Shown: in pieces, positions 8,981 through 19,587 of the stretch
How positions within the stretch are numbered: the stretch's first letter is position 1
Layout of the letters: every line of letters begins with the position of its first letter
DNA from: a virus
Taxonomy: Duplodnaviria > Caudoviricetes
Strand: one strand, 5' to 3'
Virus record (IMG/VR): IMGVR_UViG_3300025141_000149
Span: 1 to 50,741 of that record
Length of the DNA stretch: 50,741 nucleotides
Notes under the pieces: model-generated
The model's database searches: none
What the model was told of the DNA's origin: nothing
The model's input: only the letters and a program-made list of their open reading frames with translations
Program-made: the position numbers and the translations under genes

Positions 8981-11900
8981 ATGATAACACGTGAGCAATT
9001 TGTCTCCGAGCTAAGGGAGAAGCATCCAGATATATTTTCCCCAACTACCCCCGATGAATATGTATATCAGACAGGAAGGAAGGCATTTCCTGATCAAGAT
9101 GTAGAAGAATGGTCTGAAATACAACCTATTACAAAACCGAAGGCAGATACATCTCCTGATGGATGGAATGAATTAGTATTCAAAGATATTAATGATGACT
9201 CATGGGAATGGGTTAAACATGCTTATGCAAACTCTCTGCAAGGTACATTAGAAGAGTGGAAAAATGGTGAGCTTGATTATGATATTAAGAAAGATTATGA
9301 TGAGCTTAATGTAGGTGAAAAGATATTATCTGGTGTTGCTAGCTTTCTTATGCCACTTGATATAGTTACACTTTTTGGTGGCGGTCTTGCTAGTAGAGGT
9401 GCAATGGCTATTGGTAAAAAATTAGCAGGTAAACAATTAACTAAATCTCTTGCAGGTCGTGGCTTTTTAACTAAATTAGATGCACTTGGCGTTAAACGTG
9501 GTCTTGGTGAAGGTGTTGCAAGGGGAGCTATTGAAAGAGCTATCGTAGAGGGTAATACTCTTGGTATGTATGAAGCTGCTAAAGGCGGACTTGCTGCTGA
9601 CAATGCAGGCGGTGATGTTGCAAAGGGAATTGCTGATGGTTATGTGCATGGTTCTATTATGGGTGCTGTATTTGGTGGTACAGGCGGTGTTCTTGAAGGT
9701 AATTTTCTAAAGTATAAAGCATTAAAAGAATTAAAGGGTGGCTTCAGAGGACTTGGTGAAAAAGGTGGATTCGCTAAAAAATATACTGTACCTGAGCTTG
9801 AAAAGATGATGAAGTATACAGGTACTATTCCTCAATATGCTGCTGAGGTTGGAGCACTAGAGGCATTTACAATTGTAGATGCTGCTAAAAATGGAGAGCT
9901 TGGCGGAGAAAAGCTTTTAGAAGACTTAGTTGTCAACATTGGATTTGCAGGTCTTATGCGTGGTAAACGTAAACTGATTGGTGATCTTGTCAAACAGTAT
10001 AAAAAGGGTAAGAATACTTACGAAGAAGATTTCCATGAAAGAAGCTTGCAAGAGCTTAGGGGAGATGAAAGACCTTGGCAAGAAAGACTTGCAGATCAGG
10101 GCTTTGAAGGGTTAAAAAAGGTTAAAGAAGATGCTAAGAGAGAGGGCAATACTAAGCTTGAAGAAGTTGTTGATGAGGGTATAAAGCAGTTTAATGAGAA
10201 TAGAGACCCAAGCAAGTTTAAAGAAAGTGAATATCTAGAAAATTTAATAGAATTTGATAAGTTAGATAAAAATCTAATAGCAATGGAATCACTTCTTGGA
10301 GAAAATATAGATGTTATGACTGCTAAGGAGAGGGTGAGTACCCTTACACAGGCTGAAGGTAGAGTACAAGAATTGCTGGGGTCTATAGATAAATTTATAT
10401 CAGATGGACATATAACAGAGGTGCAAGGTAGAGATGCAAGGGCTTGGCTTGCGAATAAAGCTGTTCAGCACCAAGAATTAATAGATAAATATTTTCATAA
10501 AACAACTGATACTGAGTCTAGGCTCGCAGAAAAACAACAAACTGCACGCACTTTGTTTCAAGAGACTCAAACTAAGATTGCAAATTTAGCTGAAAAGCCT
10601 ACAAAAGAAATGTTAGAAAATCTTGTGCTAAAAGAAGAAACTATGGAAGCACAGATACAAACAGAAAAAGGTGCTGACTCATATATACGTGGAACTAAAA
10701 ATGCTATTCGTTTGCTTGAGGGTAAAGAGGGTGCTGAGGGAAGAGATATTTCTTTAAAACAATCTGACTATGAGTCATCTTTATCATTACTAAAAGATAT
10801 ACAAACTGGAAAAGATAAGACAACCGCTGGCTCTGAAATTGCAAGAAAGATTTTAGTAGGGAAGGATAAGTCTGGTAAAAAATATTTTGAAGGTGTTGAA
10901 GATTTTAGTAAAGTTGCCTTTCAAGATTACACAGCCTCAGAATCATCAAAAGCACTCAAGTCATATGCTCCTTATGTGGCAAGATTTTTAAGAGGAACAA
11001 AAAATAGACCATTAGATGAGCTTACAATGATTGAAGTTCAAAGCTATATTAGGGATAGAATTATTGAAAATAAAGGAAAGCCATTAGGATCAGCAGAGCT
11101 TTCTGCTATTAGTAGATTTACAAAACATATTACAAGTGGTCGTGGCAAATTTAATAAAAATATTGAATGGGGTATTGGTACTGAAAGTATATTTAAAGAA
11201 ACAAATAAAAGATTAGCCGAAGGTACTCATCCAGCTGTTCCTGGAGTTAGAAGGGAAGTTATTAAGATTGGAAATGAATTATCTTCTAAGAGAAATGATC
11301 TTGGATATAAATTAGCTGCTGAGCTCATGTCAAGACTTGGTATTAGAGGTCAAGAAATAAAAGATATTTCTAAGGATATTGTAAAAAGCACTACTGTTAA
11401 TGGTAAGAAGCAATATTATATTGACATGAGACCAAAAAGCTTTACTGTTGATGTTGTAACTGGAAGAGAACTTTTTAGTATAGGGACTGGTAAGCCCAAT
11501 ACAAGTAAGGCTTATATATATGTACCAAAAGATTTAGCCGAATCTTTAATTGGTTACTTGAAAGATAATAAATTCACCAAAAAATATATCACAGAAATTC
11601 ATAAGAATATAACATTATCTAATAACAAGACTAAAAAGTGGGCAGATTTACGATCAAGGATAGAAACCCTTGCCCTTCAACATCATCCAGAATTATTGCC
11701 ACAATTAAAATATGTTTTAAGGCATGATAAGACAACGATTGATAAAAATTATTTAAAAATGAATCCAGAGGCAGCTATTGAAATGCAGATGGAGATGCAT
11801 AAAAAACTTGGCTTGGACGTTGAAGTTCCAAAAGTTAAAGTTAAAGGTGGAAAGCCTGAGCTTGGTACTCCTCCACAAGAACCACAAAGAGCTGTAATTG

Positions 11901-14900
11901 ATAAGATACGAGAGACTAAGGCTATCCATGAACGTATCAAGGGTAGAAAAGATATATTAGAACAGTATCAACCACAAAATCAAAAAGAGATTCTTGCCCA
12001 AAAAGATATTATTATTGATGCACTTGAGGGTGCACAGCAACCAAAGGCTGGTGCTAAAATATATCTTAATCGTTTTATTCGTAGTCACGAAAAAGCAATA
12101 CAAGATATAAAAGCTAATCCAACCAAGAAGTTTCCTGAAATGTTTGGAGATATACCTTGGCATGAGGCTCAAATAGCAAATTATAGAGAAGCTTTAAGTC
12201 TGTTAAAGGCTGCTCCTAAACAAGGAATGGTCGAGGTTGGTGCGTTTAAGGGTGAGGGTAAAGGTGAAAGACGTAAACTTACAAATCTTATCAAACGTGA
12301 GCAGAAGTATCTAGGTATTGAGCGTAAACAGCTTGGAAATGAAGCTTATGAAAGGGAGATAAGAGAACTTACAAAGCATGGACTTGGCTATGAAGACCCT
12401 GTTTCTTCTATAAGTAACCTTCAAACAACAGAGTTATATACTTTCCTTAACCTTCTTAGAAGTACTGATTATACTAAGTCAGGTGCTAAATTTAAGGCTG
12501 CTGAGGCTTCTGTTAAGCAAATGGCTAAAGAGCGTGGCGTTACTAAGGCAGAGTTAAAACAAATGTTATCAGAACTTGGTGTTAAAGATGGTGAGTTTGA
12601 AAATGTTTTAAGTAAAGAAGTATTAAATAATTTGAAAGGTACTCTTGCTGAGTATCAGCGTACTAAATTTCCAGCGACACCATCTGACAATATTGTAACA
12701 TTTTTAACCAAAGGATTTACAAAGTTTCCTTCTACATTTAGGCGTGTCTTTACTCCTGTCTATGCACTCCTTAAAAATCCAAAGATTGGTGGAGAGGTAG
12801 GTGGTAAAATTGCAGACTCATTTCTAAACTATGATGTTACCCATTCTATTAAAAATGGTTATTCAACAAGGAGACTTATTGAAATAAGGGGCTTACTTGG
12901 AGATAATGCTCATATGCTTCAGTTTTACGATAAAGAGAAACGTAGGGTTTGGAAAAAGCATATGACTCCAGAGGAGCTAGAGTTTGTTAAAAAGATGGAG
13001 ACAAAGGGAACAGATGAATATAAAGCTCTTGAAATATGGAATGATTTGAGGAAAAATCTCTATAATGACATCGAGGTATATGCAAAGCAGTGGTCTAACA
13101 AAGCTATTGATGAACAGTTAAGAACATGGATGGACAGAAAATATGTTGAAGATTACTTCACTCGTAGGCTTAGTAAAGAATTTTTAGAAATACTTCCTGA
13201 GCTTGAGACTCAGCCTTTCTATGAAAAAATGTTTAATGAAAACATGGACTCATATGTTCGTGGCAAATTAAATAAAATGAAAATACGTGAAAATGAAACT
13301 GATCTTGCTTTTGCAGAACGTAAAAAAGAAAAGGCTGAGAGTATAAGGAAGAACGGGGATGATATAAATGCAGTTAAGAATCGTGTAATGTCATTTTTGG
13401 ATATGCCAAACCACAAAGTAATAAACAAGAACCTTATGGAACGTGGTATACTTTTACCAAGAACAGTTGAGATAGAATTAAAGGGTAAACGTAAGACTAT
13501 TAATACTTATGATGAATCATTTAGAGGATCAGCAGAATACTATGGATTTAGCATGAGTAAATATCTAGCCACACTCCGTCATTTCCCAGAGGTAACAGAG
13601 CTTGGTAAAGAATTAAAGCTTGGCAATTGGAAACAAAATATATTTGATATATTGACCTCTGAAAAAGAAAGTAAGAAGTTTGGGGTGAATAGAGATTGGG
13701 CTGACTATTTAAGACTTACACTTGAAACTCATTTGGGCATGGAGTCTGCCACTACTTCACGTATCAATAAAAAGAATTTGAGATGGATGGGCACACTATC
13801 TTCTACAGGTGCTGCTGCTGGTCTTTCAACTCCACTTGTTCATGGCATTAAAAACTTAGGGCTAGGATTTATAAATTCAAATCGTCACTTTGGAATGCGT
13901 AATACTTTTGCTGGCTTCTTAAAATATATGGATATGCAGGAACGTGCAAAGATGCAAGAAAAAGGTGCTGGAGATTACATGGGTCAAAATATTCTCCGTA
14001 CACAAAAGAATATATTTGAGGAGATGGGCTTAGATAAAAAGCTACCATTTGGAATAGGTAAATGGCTGACAATGGATAGAATATTTGATATAAATTTTAT
14101 GACAAAGTCTGAGGAAATAGGACGTATATCGTCTGCGTTTGCTGGTGGTATGTACTTTCATCAAATACTAGGTGCTTACAAAGGTCAGAAAAATTCATTC
14201 CTTATGAGTAAGGCGAATACAAAGAAGCAAGCTGAGTTTGCCTTTAAGAATCAGTTCAAGCTCTCAAAGGAAGAGATAGATTTTATTAAAAATACCAAGT
14301 ATAAAGACCTGTTTAAAGAGGGTGAAAACTTTAAGAAGATGGCATGGATACAGAATAAGGTGGAGCACTTTTCACACGTATCATCACAGGGTGGTACATC
14401 TACTATCTTACTACCATTGTGGATGAGTCAGCCTGGGTTTAAACCTCTTACTCTATTTTCAAGAATAGCAACGTCTGCTACACATGATCTATGGCAGAAT
14501 ACATTTAGACCTTTATGGAATCATGGTAATCCAATGCCACTTGTTAGACATGCTGCTGCTTCAACCTTTACAGGTGCAGGTTTGTATTATTTTTATAAAC
14601 ATATAGCAGGTCAAGACCAGATGTTTGAAAAGAGTGATGCTAAATGGAAAACATTAGCACAGTACTTATGGCGTGCAGAGTTTCTTGGGCTATGGACTTC
14701 TCTCTTAAATCCACATAGCTCTCCTATATATGGAAAAGGAAAGACTGGTACACTAGGGGTTGATCCTACATTTGTAGGGGATTTCTTTGAGCCTTATATG
14801 ATTAGAAGTGCAAGGGCAATTACAGAGGGAGCAACCACACTTATGACTGATCCTTCTAATCCAAAGGCATACTCACAGGCAGTAAAACATATTATGAAGA

Positions 14901-15442
14901 ATACTGTCTCTGGCGTTGGGCAACTTGGAAGACAATGGGATAGAGTTTTATATCCAGAGCTTCATGAGTGGAGAGGATTTAGAACTGCTGCTCGTTCATT
15001 CAAGAAAGAAAAAGGATATGAAATCCCAGCTGTCATCATGCAGTCAGCACGTAGTATTTATTACAAGGATTTAAAAGATACTTTTTGGACAGGAAGTGAA
15101 AAGGATTTTGCCAAAACTTACTATGATGCTTTATCCTACCTCGATTCTGATTTACTTGAAAATGGATTTGTTAATCCAGCTTTTAGAAGAAAAGAGGCTA
15201 TGAAAAGAATTGAACAATCACTAAAGAGCATGAATCCTGTTAATTTTAGTGATGAATCTAAAGGTAGGATCATGTCAAAGAAGAGAGAGTTTTTAGAATA
15301 CTTAAAGAACTATGATGTAGCTGAGTATAAAAGAGCTATTAAAGCAGAAAGAGAATTTAACTTTAAATTTAGAAAACTATTAGCTTCAGTTAATAAATCA
15401 GAATACAAGCTAAGATACTCTCCATACTACGATAGGTATTAA
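8981..15442 (+). CDS. Giant ejection-type polyvalent virion protein with embedded tyrosine-recombinase-like domain
   Basis: 2153 aa, last late gene; Gly/Ala-rich membrane-like N-terminal region; LGIRGQEI, ADLRSR and VLRHDKTTIDKNY motifs. Confidence 0.75.
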   Translation: MITREQFVSELREKHPDIFSPTTPDEYVYQTGRKAFPDQDVEEWSEIQPITKPKADTSPDGWNELVFKDINDDSWEWVKHAYANSLQGTLEEWKNGELDYDIKKDYDELNVGEKILSGVASFLMPLDIVTLFGGGLASRGAMAIGKKLAGKQLTKSLAGRGFLTKLDALGVKRGLGEGVARGAIERAIVEGNTLGMYEAAKGGLAADNAGGDVAKGIADGYVHGSIMGAVFGGTGGVLEGNFLKYKALKELKGGFRGLGEKGGFAKKYTVPELEKMMKYTGTIPQYAAEVGALEAFTIVDAAKNGELGGEKLLEDLVVNIGFAGLMRGKRKLIGDLVKQYKKGKNTYEEDFHERSLQELRGDERPWQERLADQGFEGLKKVKEDAKREGNTKLEEVVDEGIKQFNENRDPSKFKESEYLENLIEFDKLDKNLIAMESLLGENIDVMTAKERVSTLTQAEGRVQELLGSIDKFISDGHITEVQGRDARAWLANKAVQHQELIDKYFHKTTDTESRLAEKQQTARTLFQETQTKIANLAEKPTKEMLENLVLKEETMEAQIQTEKGADSYIRGTKNAIRLLEGKEGAEGRDISLKQSDYESSLSLLKDIQTGKDKTTAGSEIARKILVGKDKSGKKYFEGVEDFSKVAFQDYTASESSKALKSYAPYVARFLRGTKNRPLDELTMIEVQSYIRDRIIENKGKPLGSAELSAISRFTKHITSGRGKFNKNIEWGIGTESIFKETNKRLAEGTHPAVPGVRREVIKIGNELSSKRNDLGYKLAAELMSRLGIRGQEIKDISKDIVKSTTVNGKKQYYIDMRPKSFTVDVVTGRELFSIGTGKPNTSKAYIYVPKDLAESLIGYLKDNKFTKKYITEIHKNITLSNNKTKKWADLRSRIETLALQHHPELLPQLKYVLRHDKTTIDKNYLKMNPEAAIEMQMEMHKKLGLDVEVPKVKVKGGKPELGTPPQEPQRAVIDKIRETKAIHERIKGRKDILEQYQPQNQKEILAQKDIIIDALEGAQQPKAGAKIYLNRFIRSHEKAIQDIKANPTKKFPEMFGDIPWHEAQIANYREALSLLKAAPKQGMVEVGAFKGEGKGERRKLTNLIKREQKYLGIERKQLGNEAYEREIRELTKHGLGYEDPVSSISNLQTTELYTFLNLLRSTDYTKSGAKFKAAEASVKQMAKERGVTKAELKQMLSELGVKDGEFENVLSKEVLNNLKGTLAEYQRTKFPATPSDNIVTFLTKGFTKFPSTFRRVFTPVYALLKNPKIGGEVGGKIADSFLNYDVTHSIKNGYSTRRLIEIRGLLGDNAHMLQFYDKEKRRVWKKHMTPEELEFVKKMETKGTDEYKALEIWNDLRKNLYNDIEVYAKQWSNKAIDEQLRTWMDRKYVEDYFTRRLSKEFLEILPELETQPFYEKMFNENMDSYVRGKLNKMKIRENETDLAFAERKKEKAESIRKNGDDINAVKNRVMSFLDMPNHKVINKNLMERGILLPRTVEIELKGKRKTINTYDESFRGSAEYYGFSMSKYLATLRHFPEVTELGKELKLGNWKQNIFDILTSEKESKKFGVNRDWADYLRLTLETHLGMESATTSRINKKNLRWMGTLSSTGAAAGLSTPLVHGIKNLGLGFINSNRHFGMRNTFAGFLKYMDMQERAKMQEKGAGDYMGQNILRTQKNIFEEMGLDKKLPFGIGKWLTMDRIFDINFMTKSEEIGRISSAFAGGMYFHQILGAYKGQKNSFLMSKANTKKQAEFAFKNQFKLSKEEIDFIKNTKYKDLFKEGENFKKMAWIQNKVEHFSHVSSQGGTSTILLPLWMSQPGFKPLTLFSRIATSATHDLWQNTFRPLWNHGNPMPLVRHAAASTFTGAGLYYFYKHIAGQDQMFEKSDAKWKTLAQYLWRAEFLGLWTSLLNPHSSPIYGKGKTGTLGVDPTFVGDFFEPYMIRSARAITEGATTLMTDPSNPKAYSQAVKHIMKNTVSGVGQLGRQWDRVLYPELHEWRGFRTAARSFKKEKGYEIPAVIMQSARSIYYKDLKDTFWTGSEKDFAKTYYDALSYLDSDLLENGFVNPAFRRKEAMKRIEQSLKSMNPVNFSDESKGRIMSKKREFLEYLKNYDVAEYKRAIKAEREFNFKFRKLLASVNKSEYKLRYSPYYDRY

Positions 15443-16011
15443 ACATTAAACTCTTTCCATTCGGATAGAGGAACATCATAAAAATATTCTCCTTTCTTAA
15501 CAGATTTGTTAGGCACTTCAACAAGGGGATATTTTTTTATCACATCAGTCTCACAGAATAATAGTGTATCAAAGGTTTTTGTCTTTGTCTCATGATGCAT
15601 GACAACAACATAGTATATATTGTGCTTAAAGAATTTCTCTTTTCTCTCTGGAACATGCACAGTACTATACGGCCATTTCTCTGTGTAGATAGTTCTGCGT
15701 TCAACCTCATACTTTGCCACCATTAGATCAATCCCATAATCATTTGGGTTCTCAATAGCATCTATTCCACGACTACGCAGGAAGTCAATTACAACTTTTT
15801 TACCCGCTCCATCGTTTGCATTGTGATTGCTTTCACTAAAAGGTTTTCTTACTCTCTTTTTTTCAGGTATTATTTCCACTGGTTCTCCATCTAAGTATTC
15901 TATTTCTCCAAATATCCTACGGATGTCTGGAAGTAGTTTATGACACTTGTAATACTCTCCATTAGCATCTTTAAAGTACAGCTGTGGCGTTTTAAGCTCC
16001 TTAACCGCCAC
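15439..16011 (-). CDS. Hypothetical protein, possible PD-(D/E)XK-like nuclease
   Basis: YGIDLMV..YEVERR resembles a D..ExK(R) core; GGAG RBS. Confidence 0.5.
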   Translation of the reverse strand: MAVKELKTPQLYFKDANGEYYKCHKLLPDIRRIFGEIEYLDGEPVEIIPEKKRVRKPFSESNHNANDGAGKKVVIDFLRSRGIDAIENPNDYGIDLMVAKYEVERRTIYTEKWPYSTVHVPERKEKFFKHNIYYVVVMHHETKTKTFDTLLFCETDVIKKYPLVEVPNKSVKKGEYFYDVPLSEWKEFNV

Positions 16012-16531
16012 TATACGCCACTTTTTTCTTCAAATGAGGTTCAACCCAAGGTTTACTATTATCAGGGCTTAAATGAGCCTCCATACCATAGATAGCTATT
16101 AGTAATGCATCAGCAGTTTTAAGTGTTACCTTCTTTGCATTTGGGCATCTATCTATTGCCATTTGCTTTAATACTTTCTTTCTAATAGCCTTTGGTAAGC
16201 CCTTTTTTATCTCAAAATGTGACTGCCACATCTTTGGAGTTACAAGTGTAGGCTCTATTTCATGTGACGCAAGTATTCCCTGCCATTGTCCATAGTTTTC
16301 ACCAAATGTAAATGATCCAGCCCTACCATCTGTAGGGAATGCCCATACTTTCTCCAAGAATACTCTCGTCCTGTATGCTGCGACATCATTGAGACACATG
16401 CCTATAAGGTGTGCCATAGCATTCACTGTTTTTGGGCAGTTGTGAAGTTGCACTGTCTCATTGGTGATAATGGCTACACCACCACCTTTGCCTGGGTCAA
16501 TTCCTATACACTTTCTAAATGGAGTCTTCAT
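16001..16531 (-). CDS. RuvC-like Holliday junction resolvase
   Basis: IGIDPGKGGGVA, FLEKV, SFTFG..YG, VTPKMWQ, ADALLIA. Confidence 0.85.
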   Translation of the reverse strand: MKTPFRKCIGIDPGKGGGVAIITNETVQLHNCPKTVNAMAHLIGMCLNDVAAYRTRVFLEKVWAFPTDGRAGSFTFGENYGQWQGILASHEIEPTLVTPKMWQSHFEIKKGLPKAIRKKVLKQMAIDRCPNAKKVTLKTADALLIAIYGMEAHLSPDNSKPWVEPHLKKKVAYSGG

Positions 16532-16626
16532 TTTCTCTGGTATCTAATTGAAGTATTGTAAATGCCCATATCCAGTCATACTCATTAAAGAGAGCACCTT
16601 CCCAAATATTATACAAAATATACATT

Positions 16627-17985
16627 TTAAAATGGGATTTCATCTGTTTCTGCCTTTGTTAGTGGTGGTACAAATAGCTCATCTTCATTGTTATACATCT
16701 TACACTTATCTCCATCATATGCCATTTGTATTGATCCTGTTTCTCCGTACCTGACCTTTGCAGCTACAAGTACTAATTGATTCTTATTTTCTGGCTTCGC
16801 TGTTGCTGGTACTTTATATGGATAGTAAACAAAGAATACATTCTCCGCTACTTGTTCTATTGCACCTGATTCTGCGAGGTCAGATAGCTGTGGTTTTGGA
16901 TTCCCCCTCGTCTCCAAAGCTCTATTTAACTGGGATGCTAAAATTACAACACAGTTATACTCTTTTGCAATCCATTTATAGTCATTAACTATTCTTTCAA
17001 GCTGAAGTCTTCGTTGATCTTCCTTTCCTGTTGGAGTTATAAGTTGAATATAATCATCAAATATAACATCGGGTTTAAACTTCTTTATCTCTGTAGCTGA
17101 GGCTGGGAAGTCTCTTATCTGATCATACATACGGAAATGCTTAGGGTTATATTTCTTTGCAATATAATCACGGACTCTATCAAGCTCTTGTAATTGTTTC
17201 ATATCATATATACCTTGCCGTATCATTGTATATGAAAGTCTACCCGACTCCAAAGCTATTAGCTTTTTCAACACCTCAACATTTGTAAGTTCCCTATTGA
17301 ATAGTAAAACTTTTCTCTTTTCTGCCAAAATATTTGAGAGTAAATTTAGAAGCATTGTAGATTTACCATGTCCAGGCCGTCCACCTACTATAGTTATCTC
17401 TCCCCTCGTAAGACCACCTGCAAACTTATCAACATTAACAAATCCCGTTTTAACGAGTAGCTTGTCAGTATTTTGTATTGATTCTATTGCATCACCAAGA
17501 GCCTCATTAATATCAAAAGAGCTATCTGGCCTTAAACTTATAAGTTCACCAATGTTAGTATGTGCTGAGACAAGGACATCTAAGGCATCTATCTTATTGT
17601 CCATTGCCTTTTCTTCTATCTCTTTGGCTGACTCAATGACAAGACGTAGTAGATACTTCTCGTATATCTTCTTTGCATATACCTCTATCGTACTTTTACT
17701 GCCTGCTCCTTCTGTGCAATCTACAAGGAATACATTATTTACTCCCTGTATGTGATCTCCCTCATCAAGTGTTGAGGTAACAGTCATAAGATCAACATGC
17801 TCTCTTCTCCGTATCATCCCTGCAAGGACGTTCCACAGCACTTTACATCTGCTGTCGTACCACACCTCATCTGAGACTATATACTTCGCTATATCATTGA
17901 ATTTGGAAGGATACATAATAACAGCACCAACTACAGCAAGTTCTATCGTTGCATCATTAGGAAGTTCTTTATTACTTTTTGCCAT
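16627..17985 (-). CDS. dnaB: Replicative DnaB-family helicase
   Basis: N-terminal DnaB domain, GGRPGHGKST Walker A, FDDYIQL, ASQLNR, PQLSDLAESGAIEQ, KVRYGETG. Confidence 0.95.
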   Translation of the reverse strand: MAKSNKELPNDATIELAVVGAVIMYPSKFNDIAKYIVSDEVWYDSRCKVLWNVLAGMIRRREHVDLMTVTSTLDEGDHIQGVNNVFLVDCTEGAGSKSTIEVYAKKIYEKYLLRLVIESAKEIEEKAMDNKIDALDVLVSAHTNIGELISLRPDSSFDINEALGDAIESIQNTDKLLVKTGFVNVDKFAGGLTRGEITIVGGRPGHGKSTMLLNLLSNILAEKRKVLLFNRELTNVEVLKKLIALESGRLSYTMIRQGIYDMKQLQELDRVRDYIAKKYNPKHFRMYDQIRDFPASATEIKKFKPDVIFDDYIQLITPTGKEDQRRLQLERIVNDYKWIAKEYNCVVILASQLNRALETRGNPKPQLSDLAESGAIEQVAENVFFVYYPYKVPATAKPENKNQLVLVAAKVRYGETGSIQMAYDGDKCKMYNNEDELFVPPLTKAETDEIPF

Positions 17986-18893
17986 TAAAATAGTTCCTCC
18001 TGTGCTGTCTTGGTATTAATAAATCTAGCATACTCTTCGTTAAGCTCTATGCCTATCCACTTTCTGCCAAGCCTTTTAGCTACATTTGCTGTTGTACCGC
18101 TACCCATAAAAGGGTCTAATACCACATCTCCTTCTTTTGTTCCCGCCTTTATACATAGTTCTGGTATTTTTTCAGGGAATACAGCGAAGTGAGCTTCACC
18201 TGATTGTGCTGTGTTAATACTCCATACGCTACGTTTATTTCTATATTCCCCAGTTGGCTGCGAGTCAGCTGCCATACTATTAGCAAGGAGAACATCTCTT
18301 CTACTGTCTCCACGTGATGCTCTATTGTCACCTACATATACAGCTTTTTCCTGTATAGCTTTATAGTCAAAGTAGTATTTAGGTTTAAGTGACAAGAGAA
18401 ATATATACTCATGAGACTTAACACATCTATCCTTGACTGCTTCTGGCATGGGGTTTGGTTTATGCCATATTATATCTTGACGTAAATACCATCCATCTTT
18501 TTGAAGTGAGAATGCAAGCATCCAAGGGACACCTGTAAGGTCTTTTGTTTTTAAACGTGGATGTTTAGGTGGTGCTTTTCGTTGCATCCTATAGTTGCCA
18601 CCTGTAGCATCATTGGTAATAGAATTACCACCTTCCCAGTGACCACCCTTTGCACCGAAGTATGTATCTCCAATGTTCAGCCACAAAGTGCCATCATCTT
18701 TTAGTACACGTTTTGATTTATTAAACAGGGTTGTGAGGGTTCTTACAAAGTCTTCGGGTACAAGCTCCTCACCTAACTGCCCATCAGCATTGTAGTCTCT
18801 AAGACCCCAATACGGAGGAGAAGTTACTATAGCCTGTACTGACTTTTCTTTTATTTCGTCTATTTTTTCAAGACTGTTCCCAATCAGTAACAC
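17985..18893 (-). CDS. Orphan DNA amino-methyltransferase (beta class, N4-C/N6-A)
   Basis: TSPPY near the N-terminus, IIWHKPNPMP, HFAVFP, DPFMGSGTT near the C-terminus. Confidence 0.95.
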   Translation of the reverse strand: MLLIGNSLEKIDEIKEKSVQAIVTSPPYWGLRDYNADGQLGEELVPEDFVRTLTTLFNKSKRVLKDDGTLWLNIGDTYFGAKGGHWEGGNSITNDATGGNYRMQRKAPPKHPRLKTKDLTGVPWMLAFSLQKDGWYLRQDIIWHKPNPMPEAVKDRCVKSHEYIFLLSLKPKYYFDYKAIQEKAVYVGDNRASRGDSRRDVLLANSMAADSQPTGEYRNKRSVWSINTAQSGEAHFAVFPEKIPELCIKAGTKEGDVVLDPFMGSGTTANVAKRLGRKWIGIELNEEYARFINTKTAQEELF

Positions 18894-19080
18894 TATCTTT
18901 CTCCAATAATTGAGAATATCTGAGCATTGTAGTCTTGATAAGGCGAGGTGTTATTTTTACGCCATATTCTGTAGTACCACCAATATCATTGAGAAGCCTT
19001 GTTATCTGGTTCTCATAAAAAGATACTATCCAGTCGTGGAGCTCTTGTTCTGATTCGAATTTATCTGCGAAGATTGCCAT
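18868..19080 (-). CDS. Hypothetical protein
   Basis: 70-aa ORF in the overlapping operon chain. Confidence 0.6.
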   Translation of the reverse strand: MAIFADKFESEQELHDWIVSFYENQITRLLNDIGGTTEYGVKITPRLIKTTMLRYSQLLEKDSVTDWEQS

Positions 19081-19406
19081 TTTGTTAACGTTTCATGTAT
19101 TGCTGTTTCTATTTCACATTCGTCAACTTGGTTAACCTCATACAGAGTTCCACCATCTTGAGTTTCTAAATTGCGTATCGGCTGGTTTTTATAAAATATT
19201 CCCCAGTTTTCGCTTTTTAGTACCTGCATTATTAGTTCTACTATATCCATGATCCTTTGCTTTTGTTTTAATTTACGCTCAATACATACCTGTATCTGTG
19301 ATTCTGCACACAGAGCATCCATGTAGTTGAGGTGCTTTTTACCGCCTGAGTCAATGTATACAGTCTCAAGCTCCTTCTTTAATTTCAGATCGTTGTTTAT
19401 TTTCAA
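19026..19406 (-). CDS. Hypothetical protein
   Basis: 126-aa ORF in the operon chain; start uncertain. Confidence 0.6.
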   Translation of the reverse strand: MKINNDLKLKKELETVYIDSGGKKHLNYMDALCAESQIQVCIERKLKQKQRIMDIVELIMQVLKSENWGIFYKNQPIRNLETQDGGTLYEVNQVDECEIETAIHETLTKWQSSQINSNQNKSSTTG

Positions 19407-19587
19407 ACTCTTTCACTTTGGCTTTGACGAACTTATTAAACTTTTCAGTTTCTTTACGATACTCTAAATATAAGGAAAATAACTGTTTCATTTCAACACT
19501 TTCTTTCCACAGTATTTGATCGTTACTACTAAGTCCAGCAATGGCTGAGGTCATCTCTTTATTGGTTAGTTTATTTTTTTTGCTCAA
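19366..19587 (-). CDS. Hypothetical protein
   Basis: 73-aa ORF in the operon chain. Confidence 0.6.
   Translation of the reverse strand: MSKKNKLTNKEMTSAIAGLSSNDQILWKESVEMKQLFSLYLEYRKETEKFNKFVKAKVKEFENKQRSEIKEGA

Noticed and set aside
1635-15442. Alternative genetic code or stop-codon recoding
   Set aside because: Long genes are intact under the standard code and coding density is high
15439-15442. Convergent operons share overlapping stop codons (TTAA) with no terminator
   Set aside because: Real, but common in compact phage genomes; no further signal
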